From Monocercomonoides exilis PA203 (Eukaryota > Protista > Preaxostyla): a DNA stretch of 64,000 nucleotides. Shown piece by piece: positions 39,901 to 53,300 of this stretch. How positions within the stretch are numbered: the stretch's first letter is position 1; every line of letters begins with the position of its first letter. The notes beneath the pieces were generated by a model, which ran no database searches, was not told the origin of the DNA, and saw only the letters and a list, made by a program, of their open reading frames with translations. The DNA is taken from positions 310,001-374,000 of the forward strand of contig LSRY02000023.1 of assembly GCA_001643675.2 (NCBI GenBank), written 5' to 3'. The position numbers were made by a program, and so were the translations under genes.

Positions 39901-42900
39901 CTTTTCGAGCTTATTCGTTCTTATACCAGGAAAACTGCTGCTATAATTGTCACATACACCATGACACAGAAAGGAAATAATATCGACTTGTGAGCACTTC
40001 TCAATGAAAACTGTATCTCCAAGCACTTCAGATGAAATAGGAGCAAAAGGCTGATCTTGTCCACAAATCTGCAGCTCATCACTAGACACAATCACATTGT
40101 TAACAACAATTGGCTGCCAACATGAATGAAGCGATAAAGTTCGGGCATCGGAATCGCTTTCTGTTAAGTTGAGCAAAGAAATGTTTGTGAGTTGAATGGA
40201 ATAAGACCGAAGAGGTGAAGGATACACTCCAACAATCTCTTCTTCCTCTTCTTCACTGTGTAGCGATGTAATGTCTATTGCACTCCCCACGTCAATACTC
40301 GAATGAGCAACAATGCAATCCTTCAGCTGTGATCCCAAGCCAACAGAAATAGCGAGCAAAGCTGTTGATGCAGTCGTGTTCGTGATCAGCAAGCTTCCCA
40401 TCACCAGCTCGTTGCATGCAAAATCAAACAGCGCTTCGTCAGAAGTGAGCGATGTTGCATTCAAATATGACACATAGATGCTAGCTTTTTCAGCAGAAGC
40501 GATCACAGGAAATGTGCTGTGGATGCGAGTGATGAACAGATTTGTAGCGACAAAGGAACCAGAACGCACAAACAGGAAAGTGGAGTTCATTTCTCCGATT
40601 ACATCTCTTTCAGTTGGCGCAACATGACATCCAGCCAGATTCAACGACCCGTTCCTCTGAGAGATGAAATACGGATGCGCCTGCGAAAAGCCTGGACCGA
40701 TCAAAAACGAAAGCGAGCGGAAGATCACCTCATTTGCACAGCAGATAGCTTCTGTGGACAAAGCAGTCGAGCGCGCAATGGACTGGTTAATAAGCACGAT
40801 GCCTGTGCTATTAGCAGTTGGCCTGATAGACATCTTTGAGATAATTGTCTCGCAGTCAGCGATCCCTTCGTCGTCCACCAGCACCGTCTTTGGCGTGTCT
40901 TTTCCAGCCCGCTTCATTCCCAGTGAGATGCTCGCACACGGCAGCTGGGGTGTCCCGCAGTTGACTCCGTCGCTGCCAGTCAGAGACGAGACGTGTATCT
41001 CTTGGGAGATGAACACATACAGAATGGGCAGCAGATCTGCCTCTCCTCCGTCGCTGTCCCAGCCAACGAACGAAGTTGAATCAAACGGAGAGGAAAGCGA
41101 GGTGTCGATGTAGAACTGAAAGGGTGTTACTTGTAAAGCTACAGACAGACAGCGGATGTAGAAGTTGTGTCCGATCGTTGCTTTATTGCAGAAGAAGCAG
41201 CACATGCAAACATTTAGCGACAGTACATCCAAATACTGTGAAGCTAAACAGCATGAAGAAGAAGAAGAAGAAGAAGAAGAAGATTGTGAAGCATGAAAAG
41301 AAGAAAAATCATCGGATTTTGTTGCTAATCTACTTGGAGCTGGATTTACGTTTTCCTGATCATCCAAATAATTCAGATAGAAAGCGCCTCCTTTCCCTCC
41401 TTGCAGTGCTGTGGAGCAGTTGTCGAAGAACGAGAGCGAGATATCGAGGGATCCGCAGACCCCGAGCTGAAGATGAGACAACCCACCGCTGGGAGAAGCA
41501 GAAGAGGCGATTGAATCAAAGGAGGTGTTTTTGATAGACACACACAAAGGATTACAGACAGATGCTGCGGTTGTGTCAGAAGAGAAGTGGATAAGCGCTT
41601 CTGAAGAAGTCGTTGTGAGGTTGGTGAAATTAGACTGGATGAACGAAAGGGCAAGCGATGATTGTTGAGATGTTGAGATATGTTGGTGATTTCGTGACGA
41701 AGAAGAAACAGGCTGAGGCGATGAAGAAACAAAAGAGATGAAGCTGTGGTCAGAAATGCTCATGTTACTCACTGAGAACTCATTAAACTGAACGTATTCA
41801 ACTGCAGTTGAAGAAAGCAAAACAATCGAAGATGCAAAGTGGATATGTGGATATGCCCCAAACAAAACACTGCAGCTGGAAAACACCAATGCTCCGCTCA
41901 AACAGCAGACGAGAGAAGATGCAAAGGCAGAAGAAGAAGAAGAAGAAGAAGAAGAAGAAGATAATGATGATGAAGACGGCAGTGAACTGGTCATAAAATC
42001 AAAGGAGCAGCCTTCAAATTGCAGAATGGGCGAACCCAAAGTGTGGGAGATGTAGCTATCCTCATTGGGAAGTTGGCTTCTTTTTGCAGACAGAAACACA
42101 CTGGAATGTGGAGAAAGTTGGAACTGGATCAGAAACGACAGGTTTTCCCACAGAACAGAAGACTCACACTCAATCACTGCATCCTGTGTAGCTTCGCTTC
42201 CTCCACTTCCTCCGTTTCCTCCACTGAAAATAGAGACATTTGGAATTTCATTGTTTCTGATGCTATTTGGCTTGACAAACCACGAATACAGCCGGAAGCT
42301 GCACTCATTCTGAACGCTTGTTCCGTCGAGAAGGAGCAATTCCTTGCCTGAGCGTGAAGATAGCAAAGGGCTACCCCATTGAGCGTTATTGATAACTTCT
42401 GATGTTTTTGCGAGGTTCTTTTGATATGATGATGATGATGATGATGAACGACATTTGGCACATTGCGTTTGACTTGTTGAATGATAGACTTTCTCTTTAT
42501 ACTCATGTGTTCTCAAACTATTCCCTTTGCTCCAATGATAAGAATCTCTTGGATGTCCAGTATCCATTTCAGCATTCATCATCGTTGTGAGTGCATGATC
42601 AAGCGAATAGCAAGGAAACTCCCACAGTCCACACACAGACACATCAGTGCCATTTGTACCAGACAGGAAGCAAGTCGAGTTGCGCTGCCTGAGATAGCAC
42701 ACCAGCGGAATGAGCACCTCGCAATCTGCACAGCTTCCAACAGACTTGCCGTAGAACTCACTGGCTTCAAAGAAATCTCCCTCTGCAAAGCCCAAAAAGC
42801 GCTCAGAAGAGACAGAAACGGACAAATTCACAGCCGACACAAACCCCGTCTGCCCGAACGCTGCTTCGTTGTTTGCATATTGCAGATTGCAGAACACGAA

Positions 42901-45900
42901 GTTGCTTGTCTCATCCAAAAGCTCCAGAAACATTGCCCCGCCTTGCCCTCCGCTGGAGACTGAGCAGGAACAACAAGTGAAGGAAGAGGAAGACAAGGAA
43001 AAGGAAGAGTCTGGTGGAATGCTGCTGCGGATGGCTCCGCCTTCCAAAGAAGAGCGGGAAGAACAATTATGAACAGAGACAGAAGAGAGAGTGATGTCAA
43101 AAGAAGAAGAAGAAGAAGAAGAGGAGGAGGAGGAGAATGAGGGAGAAAGAGAAGAGTCGATGAAGAGAAGAACAGAAGAAGAAGAAGAAGAAGAAGGATC
43201 AGAAGAAGAGGAGTTGAGAGAGGAGAAAGTGCAGTTGGAGAAGAGAAGAGACTTTGATTGACTGGTGCTACCATTGATTGAACGAGGAGAAGAGGAAATA
43301 TCAGCATTGCATTTGGAGTTAAATGAAGAAGAAGAAGAAATTGACGAGAAGGAAGAGAAAGAAGCTGGAACATCAGCATTTGAGCTCATTGGTGTTGGAG
43401 TGGAAGAACCAGAGCCTGTTTTAAGAGAACTCATCTTTGCGTCATCTGCCGATACAATTGAAGAAGAAGAAGAAGAAGAGGAAAACCGATTTGAAAGTTG
43501 AGTGTAACTTCTTTTATTTTGCTGATTTGCAGCAGGAGCATCTGACAGGAAGGAAAACACAGCAGTTTTCTCTCTTGTGAATGAGACGTTTTCGACAGTC
43601 AAGTTTGCAAAGGAAAGAGACATTGCAGACTCGCCAAAAAGGAAAAGAGAGGAAGCAAAACGAACTTCAGAGGGAGAATGGAAAGTGCAAATGTCAACAA
43701 GGAAATCACCTGAAGAAATAACAAACAAGGAGAAAGAAAGAATATCAGAAGGATTTGAAGCCAAAAGAGAAAGATTGACATGTTTGAGAGTGAAAAGCGA
43801 GCATTCAGAGAGAAAAACAGCAGAAACAGCAGAAACAGAAGAAACAGCAGAGTTTTGAGAGGAAAGAGAAGAAGAGAGGCGGAAGAGGAGATGCTCAAAG
43901 GAAGAAAGACCACTTAATTTGAAGACGGAATCACTACATCCAGAGAGAATTGGCTGGATTATCAAAGAGGAGGAGGAAGAGGAGGAAGAGGAAGAGGAAG
44001 AAGAAAGGGAGGAAGAATGCAACGAAGAATAAGAAGTGAAAGATGAAGAGGAAGAGGAAGAGGAGGAAGAAGAAGAAGAAGAGCTAAGTGAATCTACTGC
44101 TTTGACACAGACATCATTCAGCTGAGCAGTTGACCACACTTCCACATCTCCATTCACAATCATTGTTTTCCCTTCAGATGAAACACCTTCTCTATTTTCT
44201 ATGTTAATATTTCTTGTGTGTTTTCTATTGCCTTCTGTGAATTGAGATGATGGTGATGGTGATGGTGGTGGTGGTGATGATGAGAAAGAAGAAGAGGAGG
44301 AGAAGAAGGAAGAAGAAAATGATGATGACAACAATGAAGCAGAAGAAGAAGATGATGATTTAATTGATGATGATGCAATAGAAGTTATTTGATTGTTTAG
44401 CCGGATGAATCCCAGTGAGGCAGTTCTGCAAGGATGCTGTATTGATCCACAGTCAAAGTTGTCTGAGCCATCTGCAATGTTTGGATGAAGAGAGGAGGAG
44501 GAGGAAGAAGAAGAAGAAGAATTGGATGAATGGGGAGAGTAAGAGGGTGAAGAAAAGGAAGGGGGTGAAGAAGGTGAAGAAGGTGAAGAGTGAGAAGAAG
44601 AGGGAGAAGAAGGAGCATTGGCAGAAGATACATAAACAGTTGAGTGAAGTGACTTTGCAAAGAACATCAGGAAATCGGAGTCTGTGTGAATGAAATGAGG
44701 AGTGAGGTCAGTGAAGAAGATGGAGTTGGATATATCGTCTGTGAATGAGTAGGAAGAAGAGGAAGAAGAAGAGATAAAAGAAGAAAGAGAGGAAGAAGAA
44801 GATAAGAATGATGAAATGGAAGAAGAAGAAGAAGAAAGCGAAGAAGAAGAAGAAAGAGAATAAAAAGAAGGACTTTGCCTTTCATCAACCACATCCACCA
44901 GTGCCATTCTGATGCTTCTTGTGAAGCTGTCGCTGAGCATCTCAGCAGCATCGTCTGTTTCGATAAACATGTCCCTCCCAATTTTCGCTCTGTTTGCAGA
45001 GAAAAAAGGCGAAATGAGAGAAAGAGAAGGAGAAAGAGAGGAAGGAGTGAATAAATAGATGCCGCCGCCTCTTCCAAAAGAAGAAGAGGAAGTAGAAGAA
45101 GAAGAAGAAGAAGAAGAAGAAGAAGATAAAGAAGAAGAATAAAATGAAGAAGAAGAAGAAGTCAGTTTAAAAGAAGACAAAGAATTGTGACGTGAAGAAG
45201 ATACAGGTGCTGATGTTGTGCAGCAGGAACAAGATGATATGGATGTTCCATTAATCAGCAGAGAAACTGATTGAATGGCTGAATTTGACTGAAAAGAAGG
45301 AAATGTGTTTGAGAAAGAAGAAGAAGAAGAGGTTGAAGAAGACGAGGTGGAGGAAGAAGAAGGAGAAGGAGAAGAAGAAGATGCAAAGTAATCAGACACA
45401 GATGAATGAGATGAATGAACTGAAGATGAACTAAGAGATGAGCATAGGGAGATTCTAATTGCACCGCCACACATCGAATTATCAGCAGTACAATGAGTAA
45501 AGTTGCAATGAGAAAGATTTAAGAGAGAAGAAGAAGAAGAAGAATTCAAAGAAGAAGAAGAAGAGGAGGAGGAGGATGAGAAAGAGGAAGGAGAAGGAGA
45601 AGGAGAAGAAGGTAACTGAAAGAGCAGAGCAGAAGGAGAATCAGCTGATGAAGTGATGTTGGTGAAGGATGAATTGAAGAAGGTGCAAGAGGAAGAAGAT
45701 GAAGACGAGAAAGAGGAGGAAGAAGAGGAAGAAAAAGATGATGAGAAAGAAAAGGAAGAAGAAGAAGAAGAAGAAGAAGGAGGAGGAGGAAGAGGAGGAA
45801 TATAAGAAGAGTAAGCAATAATCAAACAAGATGAACAGAAGATGTCAGAAACAGAAACTGAATGAAAGGTTAAAGAGCCACATTCAGCCAGAACAAGAGG

Positions 45901-45937
45901 AGAAGAAGGATAAAGAGAAGAGGAAGAAGAGGAGGAG

Positions 45938-45968
<31 letters not shown>

Positions 45969-48633
45969 GCGTTTGCTGAGAATCAGAATAAACATTCACA
46001 TAACTGAAGACGAGTGATGGTTGAGTCAATTGAGATGAGCGTGAAGAAGTGAAATGGATGTTTTGAGAACGAAAATTTGAGTGAAAATTTGAAGAAGAAG
46101 AAGAAGAAGTAGAAGAATACGGAGAAGAAGAGAAAGAGGAGGAAGAAGAATGTTGAGAAGAAGATAAAGAGGAAGAAGCAGCAGCAGCAGAAGAAGAAGA
46201 AGGAATCGAAGGCGAAGGCGAATATGAAGTGAGATAAAAATGTGGAGCAGAAGCATCAACCAGCAGCTCAGGTTTAACCACCACGTCAACCCCTTCTAAC
46301 ACAACAGCCGAATCTTCAATGGCAAACAGGGTTGTGTGGGTGGTGTGAATAGCTGCTGGCAATTGATCACTGTCTCTGTGAATGGAGTGGCGATGAAATG
46401 GGATGTTATTTTCCTTTTTTGTGCGGCTTTTTGAATGTTTTATGTGAGAAGAAAGAGATGAGCAGCAGTTGTCATAAACATCTTCTTCTTCTTTTTCATC
46501 TTCATCTTCATCAGATGAATCAAAACTATTTGAGCTATTTCCTTTATTTCTTGCCAAATACCTTCTTCTTCTTCTTCTTGCTGCTTCCTCCTCCTCTTCC
46601 TCCTCTTCCCCCTTTTGATACGTCCTCACAGTCACTTTAATCTGTCTGCACACAATTGTCTCGCTCTCTCTGTCATCCACCTCCTTCACCGACACAACCA
46701 TCTCATCACTCTCCCCCGCCGATGAGCTTCCATTTGGCAGCACCGCCACCTCCGCCGCTGTCCCCAGCCACACTCCGCACGCTTCAACTGCATGGGCAAT
46801 TGTCAGACATGCCATCCTCTCATTCATTCCACACACAACAGAGAACGGAGAAGCCAGCCCGCCAGCTGCCACCACGCGGGCTGTTGTGAACGGAGAAAGC
46901 CAGCCGTCGAAGGAGGTGACGTTCCGCTCGCTGTACACAGCGTTCGCCTGGGCTGTTGTGAAGGAGCACTCGAAGAAGGTGTCGATGGGGTATGAGGAGC
47001 TGTTGCACTCGAGATAGTAGTCTGCCCCGTTCTCCGCACAGCTGTTGTTGTGGAAGCAGCAGAAGTAGATCATCGGAGCTGAGGGGAGATACCAGTCCTG
47101 CATCAGATACGTCGACGCCACCGCCCCTCCGCTGGCCCCTGAGTGTGAGGAGAGAAACACACTCTCGCTGATTGCACTGCCCGTGGCGTAGAAGTGCTTT
47201 GCGAGGAAGCTGTGTGCCAGCATCTTCTGCCGCTCCTTCTGCTCATCTGCTGTCTCGCCATCGAGCGTGATGAGGCACTCCACCACTTTCGGGCAGACGC
47301 AGATGCACGCATTGAACTTGTCTGCACATACACTCCCACCGCCCAGCAGCGCCGAGCAGTTCGCAAAGAGACAGCGACACAGCTGGAACGCCATGCTCAT
47401 TGAGAATGCACAAATCGCCCCGCCATTTCCATAGTTGGCGACGCAGCCGTCGAACGTGCTGTTCCACACGAGCGTGCACGCCATCATCGCACACGAGATC
47501 GCCCCACCAGAGCCGCCCGCTACGCAGTCCGTGAAGCAGCAGCGGGAGACAGCCAGATACGCGTTTGGGATGAACGAGCCGAAGATGCAGGAGCCTGAAT
47601 ACTCTGAACTCAGCAGCGAGCCTTCGCTCACGTTTGCAGTACGCGCCCCACTCCAATCACAGTCCGTAAACGACTTGCTCGTCACAAGCACAAACTGATC
47701 ATTTTGCATTCGCGTATGACTGGCTGTAGAAGAAGAAGAAGAGCGGCGAGTTATTCTGTGCCGGTCTTCGAACTTGACATCAATTCCAGTTCTTATGCAT
47801 CTTGAAAAGCTGCAATTTAAACATGAAAAATGCGTGCACTGAGCAGACATCCCGTCCACAATGCTTCCATAAAAACAGTCTTCACAATTATTTAATAAAG
47901 TTGAGCACAGAATCGAGTCATGAAAAAATTCATAACTTTCAGACTTTTTTGAAAGTTGATGACTCATAAATTTTCGAGATGAAAAGGAAGTGCATTTTCT
48001 TGTTAAATTTTCAAATGATGAATCCATTACTCGCTCTGTTGTAAAGCATTCTGTTCTTAAGAATGAAGCTGGATAAGGAGGAATAACTTGCGAAGTTATC
48101 ACAGAGCTAAAAAGTGACACTGATGGAGATGAAACTTCAAAAGATGGAACGGAGCAAGTTAGCGTTGTAGGGAAATTTAAACTACAAATAGAAATGTTTA
48201 CAAATTTTGTATATCCAGATGCTTTTATCCATCCATTTTCTTTTTGTTTATTTGTAAAAAATTCGCACGATTGGAAAAACACTACAGAATGATGCGAAAC
48301 GTGTGCCAAAAATTCACTCGAGTAACTCTCAAAACGTACAAATGCGAATGAAAGCGAAGAGTTTGACAATAAAAATGGAGTTGTTATTGATAATATTTTT
48401 GTATTTAGAAAACTATTTTGCTGCTGATAATGCAAAAATTGAAAACAAATATCTGATTTATGCGATTGAAATGAAACGATAAATCGAACCTTTTCTGTAA
48501 ATCCGTGAATTTGAGCTAAACTACATTCAATTGTTCCATTACTATTAGACATTATTGAAGGAAAGTTCCCGCATCCATGAATAAAACTAGTAAATTGGAG
48601 AATTAAAAATCCAAGAAGAGCACCAGGCACCAT
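36910..48633 (-). CDS. Giant (~3,900 aa) Cys/Ser-rich modular surface or secreted protein with beta-helix-like GGA repeats
   Basis: Single 11.7-kb ORF; first ATG at 48633 gives signal-like MVPGALLGFLILQFTSFIHG. Five CG-x5-6-C modules, recurrent GGAI/GGGxYL..F..N.A..G motifs and many poly-Ser inserts. Confidence 0.85.
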
Positions 48634-49251
48634 GCTTAAGTCCAAAATAACAAAATTTTATTTTCGTACAGAAGTGGAGCTCATAATTATGTAAATGATC
48701 GAAAAACAATTGCAAAAAGAAGCTCATAAAAAATGTTACTGAAGCTACAAATATGTTTGACTTTTGAAATATTAAATTGAACACGAAATGTGCATGTCTA
48801 ATATGCGTGTAATCACATTTTATTTTTGAAGGAGCAATTTATCAAATATTAATAAATTATGAAACTTACAGTTAGTGTAATATATTTTGAAGATATATAT
48901 GATTTTGGCGACATTTTTTTCATGTTTCAAGGATCGAGAAAATTGCTCAATTGCACTCAAACTTGAATTGAGACTAGATATTAGTAAATGAAATTGATTT
49001 TTCTTTAAATTTGGAAAAACCCAAATCAAAGGATATACGTTGAATAAATTCAGTTTACACTTCTTTGGGCAATTATAACGTTGAACAATTACCCAAGCAT
49101 GAAGAAAACAATTTCAATTTTTTTTTTTTTTGAAAAGCAAACTCTTGTTTAATGGAGTATGATAATTTTTATTTATCATGATACAAATAACATAAATCAT
49201 GGAGGCATATAAATATTGAATGACGAAAATTTAATATTCACTATATGTAAC

Positions 49252-50021
49252 TTCATGGAAGGAATGAGACAAAGGAAATGGCGATTGGCTCCTTGAAGGA
49301 GAGAGAGCAGACAGCTTCCCAGATCCTATTCTGGGTGGCTAATCTCGCGCTCCACTCGTTTGATGAAATGGACAATCCTCTTCAATCACTTGCCAATCTG
49401 AGTCCACATATTGTGCTGTTCTCGGAGCACATGGTGATCTGCGTTGTGATGCATTCTGATTTCCTTTCGTCTGACGATTCTGATTCATCTTCGGCCTCCT
49501 CGATAACCATTGTTTCTTCATCCTCGAATATTTCAGTTCTGAGCGAGAGGTACACAGACTCGCCACCACCTTCATCAGCGTTTGAGGATGATGAGGATAG
49601 AATCAAAAAAGAGAGCCTGAGGTGGAAGGCGCCTGAGTTGCAGATGAACAAGAAGATGGGAGCAACAAAGGAGTCGGTGGTGTTTTCGATTGGGATGATG
49701 CTTTGGGAGTGCCTGACGCTGGAGATCCCGTTTGGGGAGTACATGGCAGAGACAGCAGGAGACAAGATTGTGAATGGGGAGAGGCCTGGAAATGGAGCAG
49801 AAAGGGAGTCGTCGTTGTTTGAGTGCATGAGGTCGTGCTTGAGCCCAGAAGCAACAAATCGGCCGAAGCTGATGGAATTGAAGCGGGAGTTTATCCTGTT
49901 ATTTTTAACAGAGAGTGATTTGCAGATGGATTATGGAGTAATTCATTTGATAAAAAAGATTGAAATATTTGATAGAATATTTCTCTGTGATGAACATCAT
50001 ACAGATAAAAATTACAAATAA
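49252..50021 (+). pseudogene. Orphan C-lobe fragment of a TKL-like pseudokinase
   Basis: LRWKAPE, VFSIGMMLWECLTLEIPFG, IVNGERP and CLSPEATNRP correspond to subdomains VIII-XI. No N-lobe, HRD or DFG. Coding-like sequence just upstream of the ATG is out of frame. Confidence 0.7.
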
Positions 50022-50307
50022 AACATATGAATCCGCATATGTAAATTAAAATCCTTTATCATTTTTATATTCGAAACATTTTCAAAGAAAATTAATTTAT
50101 ATCATTTCATTTGTTATCATTTGTTTTCCAAAGCTATCAAAAAATAGCCGGCTATTTCAATCTATTATTCAATACAAAGTCATTTGAATATTTTTCAATT
50201 ATCATTCAATGTTCGTTTTGTTAACTTGATGATGATAATGTGGCCCAAAATCGGAAATATTTTATCTTCCATAATTATATATTTTCTTCAGTTCATTTTT
50301 GATTCAT

Positions 50308-53300
50308 ATGAGCAATGGCATACATGGACTGTTGCTGACAATATTTTTTGTGTGCCTGATGCATGCCGCTGCGCATGCCGAAAAAGTAGCCCAATATCTT
50401 CCAAATGAAGATAAAAATTTTCAATTCATAAGTTTCAATCATTCATTTCCTATCACTTCACGAATTGTCACCAATAACCATTTATTAACCACAAACATCA
50501 TACAGTCTTTTTGGAAACATCATCCGCCAATTGACATCATTGCTTATGGCCATCTTTCGTTATTATCTTCAAATTTTATTTTATCAAACTCGTCATTAAA
50601 TTTAAGTCATCTTTCATTATGTAAATGTTGTAGTAAAAGTATATTTTCGTTACATACTTTTTCAAGTCTTATTTTAACAGCAACTTCTTTCTCGCTTTTG
50701 GACAATTCACTTGATAATATCGCTTCGTGCGAAAATGGAGATCTTTATCTTGTAAATGTTTCAATTTTATCTTCTTCGCCTTCTGGAATTGTCTCAAAAA
50801 ATATTTTTTCACCTCAGTTTTCGTTACAATCAACTGTTTCTTCTGTTAATGTAAATATATTAGATTCTTTATTTTCATCATTTTCCCTTTCTTCACAAGC
50901 ATTTCTTGTTGCACCATCAATTTCTTCAATATCAATATCGCATTCAGCATTTTTTAATCTTTCTACAACTTCGATTTATAAGCCACGACAATCATTTATT
51001 GATTCATTTAGTTCACTTATTGAGGGCTGTATATTTTCATCAGTTTATGATGCACTTGACGGAGCGATTGTGCGCCCTTTGCATAGCCAATGTGCATGCT
51101 TTGCTGTATTTAATTCTTCGTTTTTTCGTAATCAACGCGTAACGAACTTGGAAGCTTCAGACGAAGTTGGAAATCCAAGAAAATTACTTAGGCAAAACGT
51201 GACTTCAAACGAAGATGCTATTTTTAATTGGTGCGAATGGAGTAATTGCCAAGCTATTGGAAGCACCGCAGATTCTTTTAGTTCTACCTGCGGAGGCGCA
51301 ATATCATGTTTTTCTTTAGAATCTTTAAATCTTCGCACTTCCAACTGTTTTTTCTTCGACTGCAGTGCTTCTCTCTTTGGCGGGGCAGTTTTGTGTGATT
51401 CTATTGCCGCTGTTAGCCTCATTAATTCTTCATTCACCGGATGCAAAGCCTCAGACGGAAAAGGAGGCGGCGTGTGTATCCATTCAATTTCGGGATGTGT
51501 CTCTATTGAGCGCTGTAACTTTACAAGCTGTTCAACAGTTTGCGAAGGAGGCGGTGCATATTTGGATTACTTTAGTTACTTGAAATCCGAATGCAAAGGT
51601 GCAGAAGAAAAAGATGTTACTAGCAATTTCATGAGTGAATGCTTCTTTGTTGCGTGCTCTGTCGGTGACAGCGAAGGAGGAGGGCTCAGCTGCAGTTTGG
51701 TTCCTGTGACGTTCAGAATCAGCAGCATCTGCTTTGAATCGTGTTCGGCGTTGTCAAAGGGTGGTGGGCTGCATCTTGTTCCCTTGCAGGAATCTTTTGA
51801 CAAAGATAACAAAATGTGCTTCTTTCTGTTCTTTCAGCAGTGCCTCTGCTCGCCAAAAAGCCAGCAGAATCAACGGAATTCACAAGAGCCGTATGGACAC
51901 GATGTTTATCTCGAAGACAATTACGATCTCCATTCATCGTCACCCTTTGTCGACTCATACACAACCAACAAAGACGACGAGCGCGTCTGCTATGCAAGCG
52001 GAGCATATGACTTGACCTTCTACACAAAGGAAAAGAAGTCGTGGCTGTTGGATCTTGATGAGCGGAATGTGAGTGCCAGCGGAGCAGACAGCTCTGCACT
52101 TTGCGGGATGGGAAACGAGCAGCCTTGCAAGACGGTGGGGTATGCGTTGTCTGTGAGCGAGATGTGTTCAATAAACATGGCGTCTGGGAATTATGTATCG
52201 GAGAAATATACAATTGCCGTGGGAGACAAAGTTATATCAATCAGGGGAAATGATATGAAGGATACAGTTATAACAACAAATGCACTTTTGCCTGTTGATT
52301 CTGAATCTCCAACCTCATCTTCCTCGTCTGAAAGTCTTCTTTCCCTTTTTTCTGTTGCTTCAGGCTCTCTCTGGGTTATGTCGCTCTCAATCTATCACAA
52401 CTCAATTCTGCCTTCTTCTCCACTCCTTTTTGCAATGGAATCTGAATCAGGCCATTTATTTTTGTCTGAAGTTCTTCTCACCATCCCTTCATCACACAAA
52501 CAATCTCGCTTCACCTTCACTTCGCCACTTTTTTTGGTTTTTGCATCGCGCCTGAATTTCGTCGATGTGACAGTTTCGGACATGTCTCTGTCCGAATGTG
52601 TGATACAAGAGGCGCTACTTGCACCATCTACACCTGAACAGCTCATATATACACCTTCAACAAAAAGCGATGCACAATCATTGTCAACTTCCATCGCACT
52701 GTCCAACATAACAGCCTCAAACATAATCAGAAGCGGAGGCAATGGCGTTCTTCTCTCAAGGACAGTCGGAACAGACGAAGCGTTTTCATTGTCAAACATC
52801 ACACTCGACCACTGCAATTGCTCTGAGGGCAATGGAGGTGGTATCGACATCTCATTGAGTGATCCCTCAGGATCGCTTCGCATTGGAAGCAGCGGAGCAG
52901 ACTCCAAGTTTTCTGCGTGTTCTGCTGCTGGCTATGGCGGGGGCGTCTATCTGTTTCTTTCAGACAACTGCGAAGACGCTGTGCTGAGCTCGCTGGAGTT
53001 CGAAGACTGCAAGGCTGCGCTTGGCGGCGAGGATGTGTTTGTGAACGGGAGCAGCTTCACAACGCAGCTCATCAGCGACATGATCCAAATCGAGACAGGC
53101 ACGCACAGCTTTTCCAGTCTGATGGGCTGTGACAGAAGCCTCTCTTTTGACGAGGCTATCCCACTGGCTGTGTTTCTGGAGACCTTTGAGCCACCGGCAC
53201 ATGTCGGGTCTCCGACAGAAGGAAAGAACAGAGAACAATGTGGATATGAATTTTTCCCATGCTTGACTATCGGATACGCTGTGGAAGCACGCTTTTCGGA

